Assembly: GCF_009834535.1 (NCBI RefSeq)
Contig: NC_045696.1
Span: 63,986,001-64,050,000, forward strand
DNA from: Camelus ferus
Taxonomy: Eukaryota
Length of the DNA: 64,000 nucleotides
Direction of reading: 5' to 3'
The notes below the pieces were generated by a model, which did no database searches, had not been told where the DNA came from, and saw only the letters and a program-made list of their open reading frames with translations. The position numbers and the translations under genes are program-made. Below are positions 62,569-64,000 of the stretch, one piece after another (the first letter of the stretch is position 1; every line of letters starts with the position of its first letter).

Positions 62569-64000
62569 CTGTGGGACCAGGGTTTGGACTGTTGGTCTCT
62601 GATGAAGTGCTGCTGCCCCAAGTCACAGAAGGAACAGTCCCTATGAAATTACCTTTCGTGACAGTGGTGCCCGCAGCCCCCGTGGTGGGAGGAGGAGGGC
62701 TCGATGCCGTGGTGCCTACAGCCGCCGTGGTGCTCTGAGCCCCCGTGGAGGAAGGAGGAGGGCTCGATGCTGTGGTGCCTACAGCCGCCGTGGTGCTCTG
62801 AGCCCCCGTGGAGGAAGGAGGAGGGCTCGATGCTGTGGTGCCTACAGCCGCCGTGGTGCTCTGAGCCACCGTGGAGGGAGAAGCAGGGCTCGATGCCGTG
62901 TTACCTGCAGCCGCCGTGGTGCTCTGAGCTCCCGAAGAGGGAGTAGCAGGGCTCGATGCCGTGGTACCTGCAGCTGCTGTGGTGCTCTGAGCCGCCGTGG
63001 AGGGAGTAGGAGAGCTTGATGCCGGGGTGCCTGCAGCCTCCGTGGTGCTCTGAGCCCCCGTAGAGGAAGGAGGAGGGCTTGATGCAGTGGTGCTCTGAGT
63101 ACCCGTGGAGGGTGTAGGTGGGCTCGAAGCCATGGTGACTGCAGCCGCCGTGGTGCTAGGAGCCCCCGTGGAGGAATGAGGAAGGCTCGATGCCGTGGTG
63201 CCTACAGCCGCCGTGGTGCTCTGAGCCACCGTGGAGGGAGTAGCAGGGCTTGATGCCGTGGTACCTGCAGCCGCTGTGGTGCTCTGAGCCGCTGTGGAGG
63301 GAGTAGGTGGGCTGGATGCCGTGGTGCCTTCAGCCGCCGTGGTGCTATGAGTCCCTGTGGAGGAAGGAGGAGGGCTGGATGGCGTGGTGCTTGAAGCCGC
63401 TGTGGTGCTGTGAGCACCCGTGGAGGAAGGAGGAAGGTTCGATGCCGTGGTGCCTACAGCCGCCGTGGTGCTCTGAGCCGCCGTGGTGAGAGTAGCAGGG
63501 CTTGATGCTGTGGTGCCTGCAGCCGCCGTGGTGCTCTGAGCCCCCGTGGAGGGAGTAGGAGAGCTTGATGCCGTTGTGCCTGCAGCCGCCGAGGTGCTCT
63601 GAGCCCCCGTGGAGGGAGAAGGAGGGCTCGATGCCGTGGTGGCTGCAGCTGCCGTGGTGCTCTGAGCCCCCGTAGAGGAAGGAGGAGGGCTTGATGCAGT
63701 GGTGCTCTGAGTACCCGTGGAGGGTGTAGGTGGGCTCGAAGCCGTGGTGACTGCAGCCGCCGTGGTGCTAGGATCCCCCGTTGAGGAATGAGGAAGGCTC
63801 GATGCCGTGGTGCCTACAGCCGCCGTGGTGCTCCGAGCCACCGTGGAGGGAGTAGCAGGGCTCGATGCCGTGGTGCCTACAGCTGCCGTGGTGCTCTGAG
63901 CCACCGTGGAGGGAGTAGGTGGGCTCGATGCCGTGGTGCCTACAGCCGCCGTGGTGCTATGAGTGCCTGTGGAGGAAGGAGGTGGGCTCAATGCCGTGCT
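62569..64000 (-). CDS. MUC13: MUC13 exon 2 (Pro/Thr/Ser mucin domain), 5' end outside the window
   Basis: Frame open from the window end for over 475 codons, S/T/P/A-rich; phase-1 donor ACAG|gttaag at 62569 joins in frame to the EGF1 exon. Confidence 0.9.
62680..64000 (-). repeat. MUC13: Mucin tandem array: 63-bp (21-aa) units plus two 45-bp (15-aa) variants
   Basis: tcgatgc recurs at 62701, 62764, ...; consensus SSPPPSSTGAQSTTAAVGTTA; at least 21 units in the window. Confidence 0.97.

Noticed and set aside
62704..63489. Repetitive + strand ORFs (WCLQPPWCSEPPW)
   Set aside because: Antisense frames of the mucin array.

Overview
Mammalian genomic DNA, most likely camelid (inferred from several tRNA-derived SINEs resembling the Vic-1 family). 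A 100-N gap at 38220-38319 splits the window into two blocks. The left block (1-38219) holds ATP13A4 (+ strand, P5B-type ATPase) coding exons 2 and 3 and their introns, with L1/L2/MIR/SINE copies, a sense-oriented solo LTR just upstream of exon 2 and a decayed ERV in intron 2. The right block (38320-64000) holds MUC13 (- strand) from inside the mucin-repeat exon to the polyA signal; I could place 11 exons with GT-AG boundaries. Main observations: (1) the MUC13 cytoplasmic tail has an 87-bp (29-aa) triplication with YANL/YGNL motifs at the junctions; (2) four single-base homopolymer indels break the MUC13 frame, probably assembly errors but possibly real; (3) an ATG inside the solo LTR reads open and in frame into ATP13A4 exon 2; (4) the mucin array has a 63-bp unit and a 612-bp higher-order repeat; (5) ATP13A4 stops at the gap next to MUC13, probably a scaffold mis-join. 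Gene identities and exon numbers rest on my recall of the human orthologues, not on a database search. I found no evidence of a wholly new biological system; the findings are lineage-specific variations on known genes.
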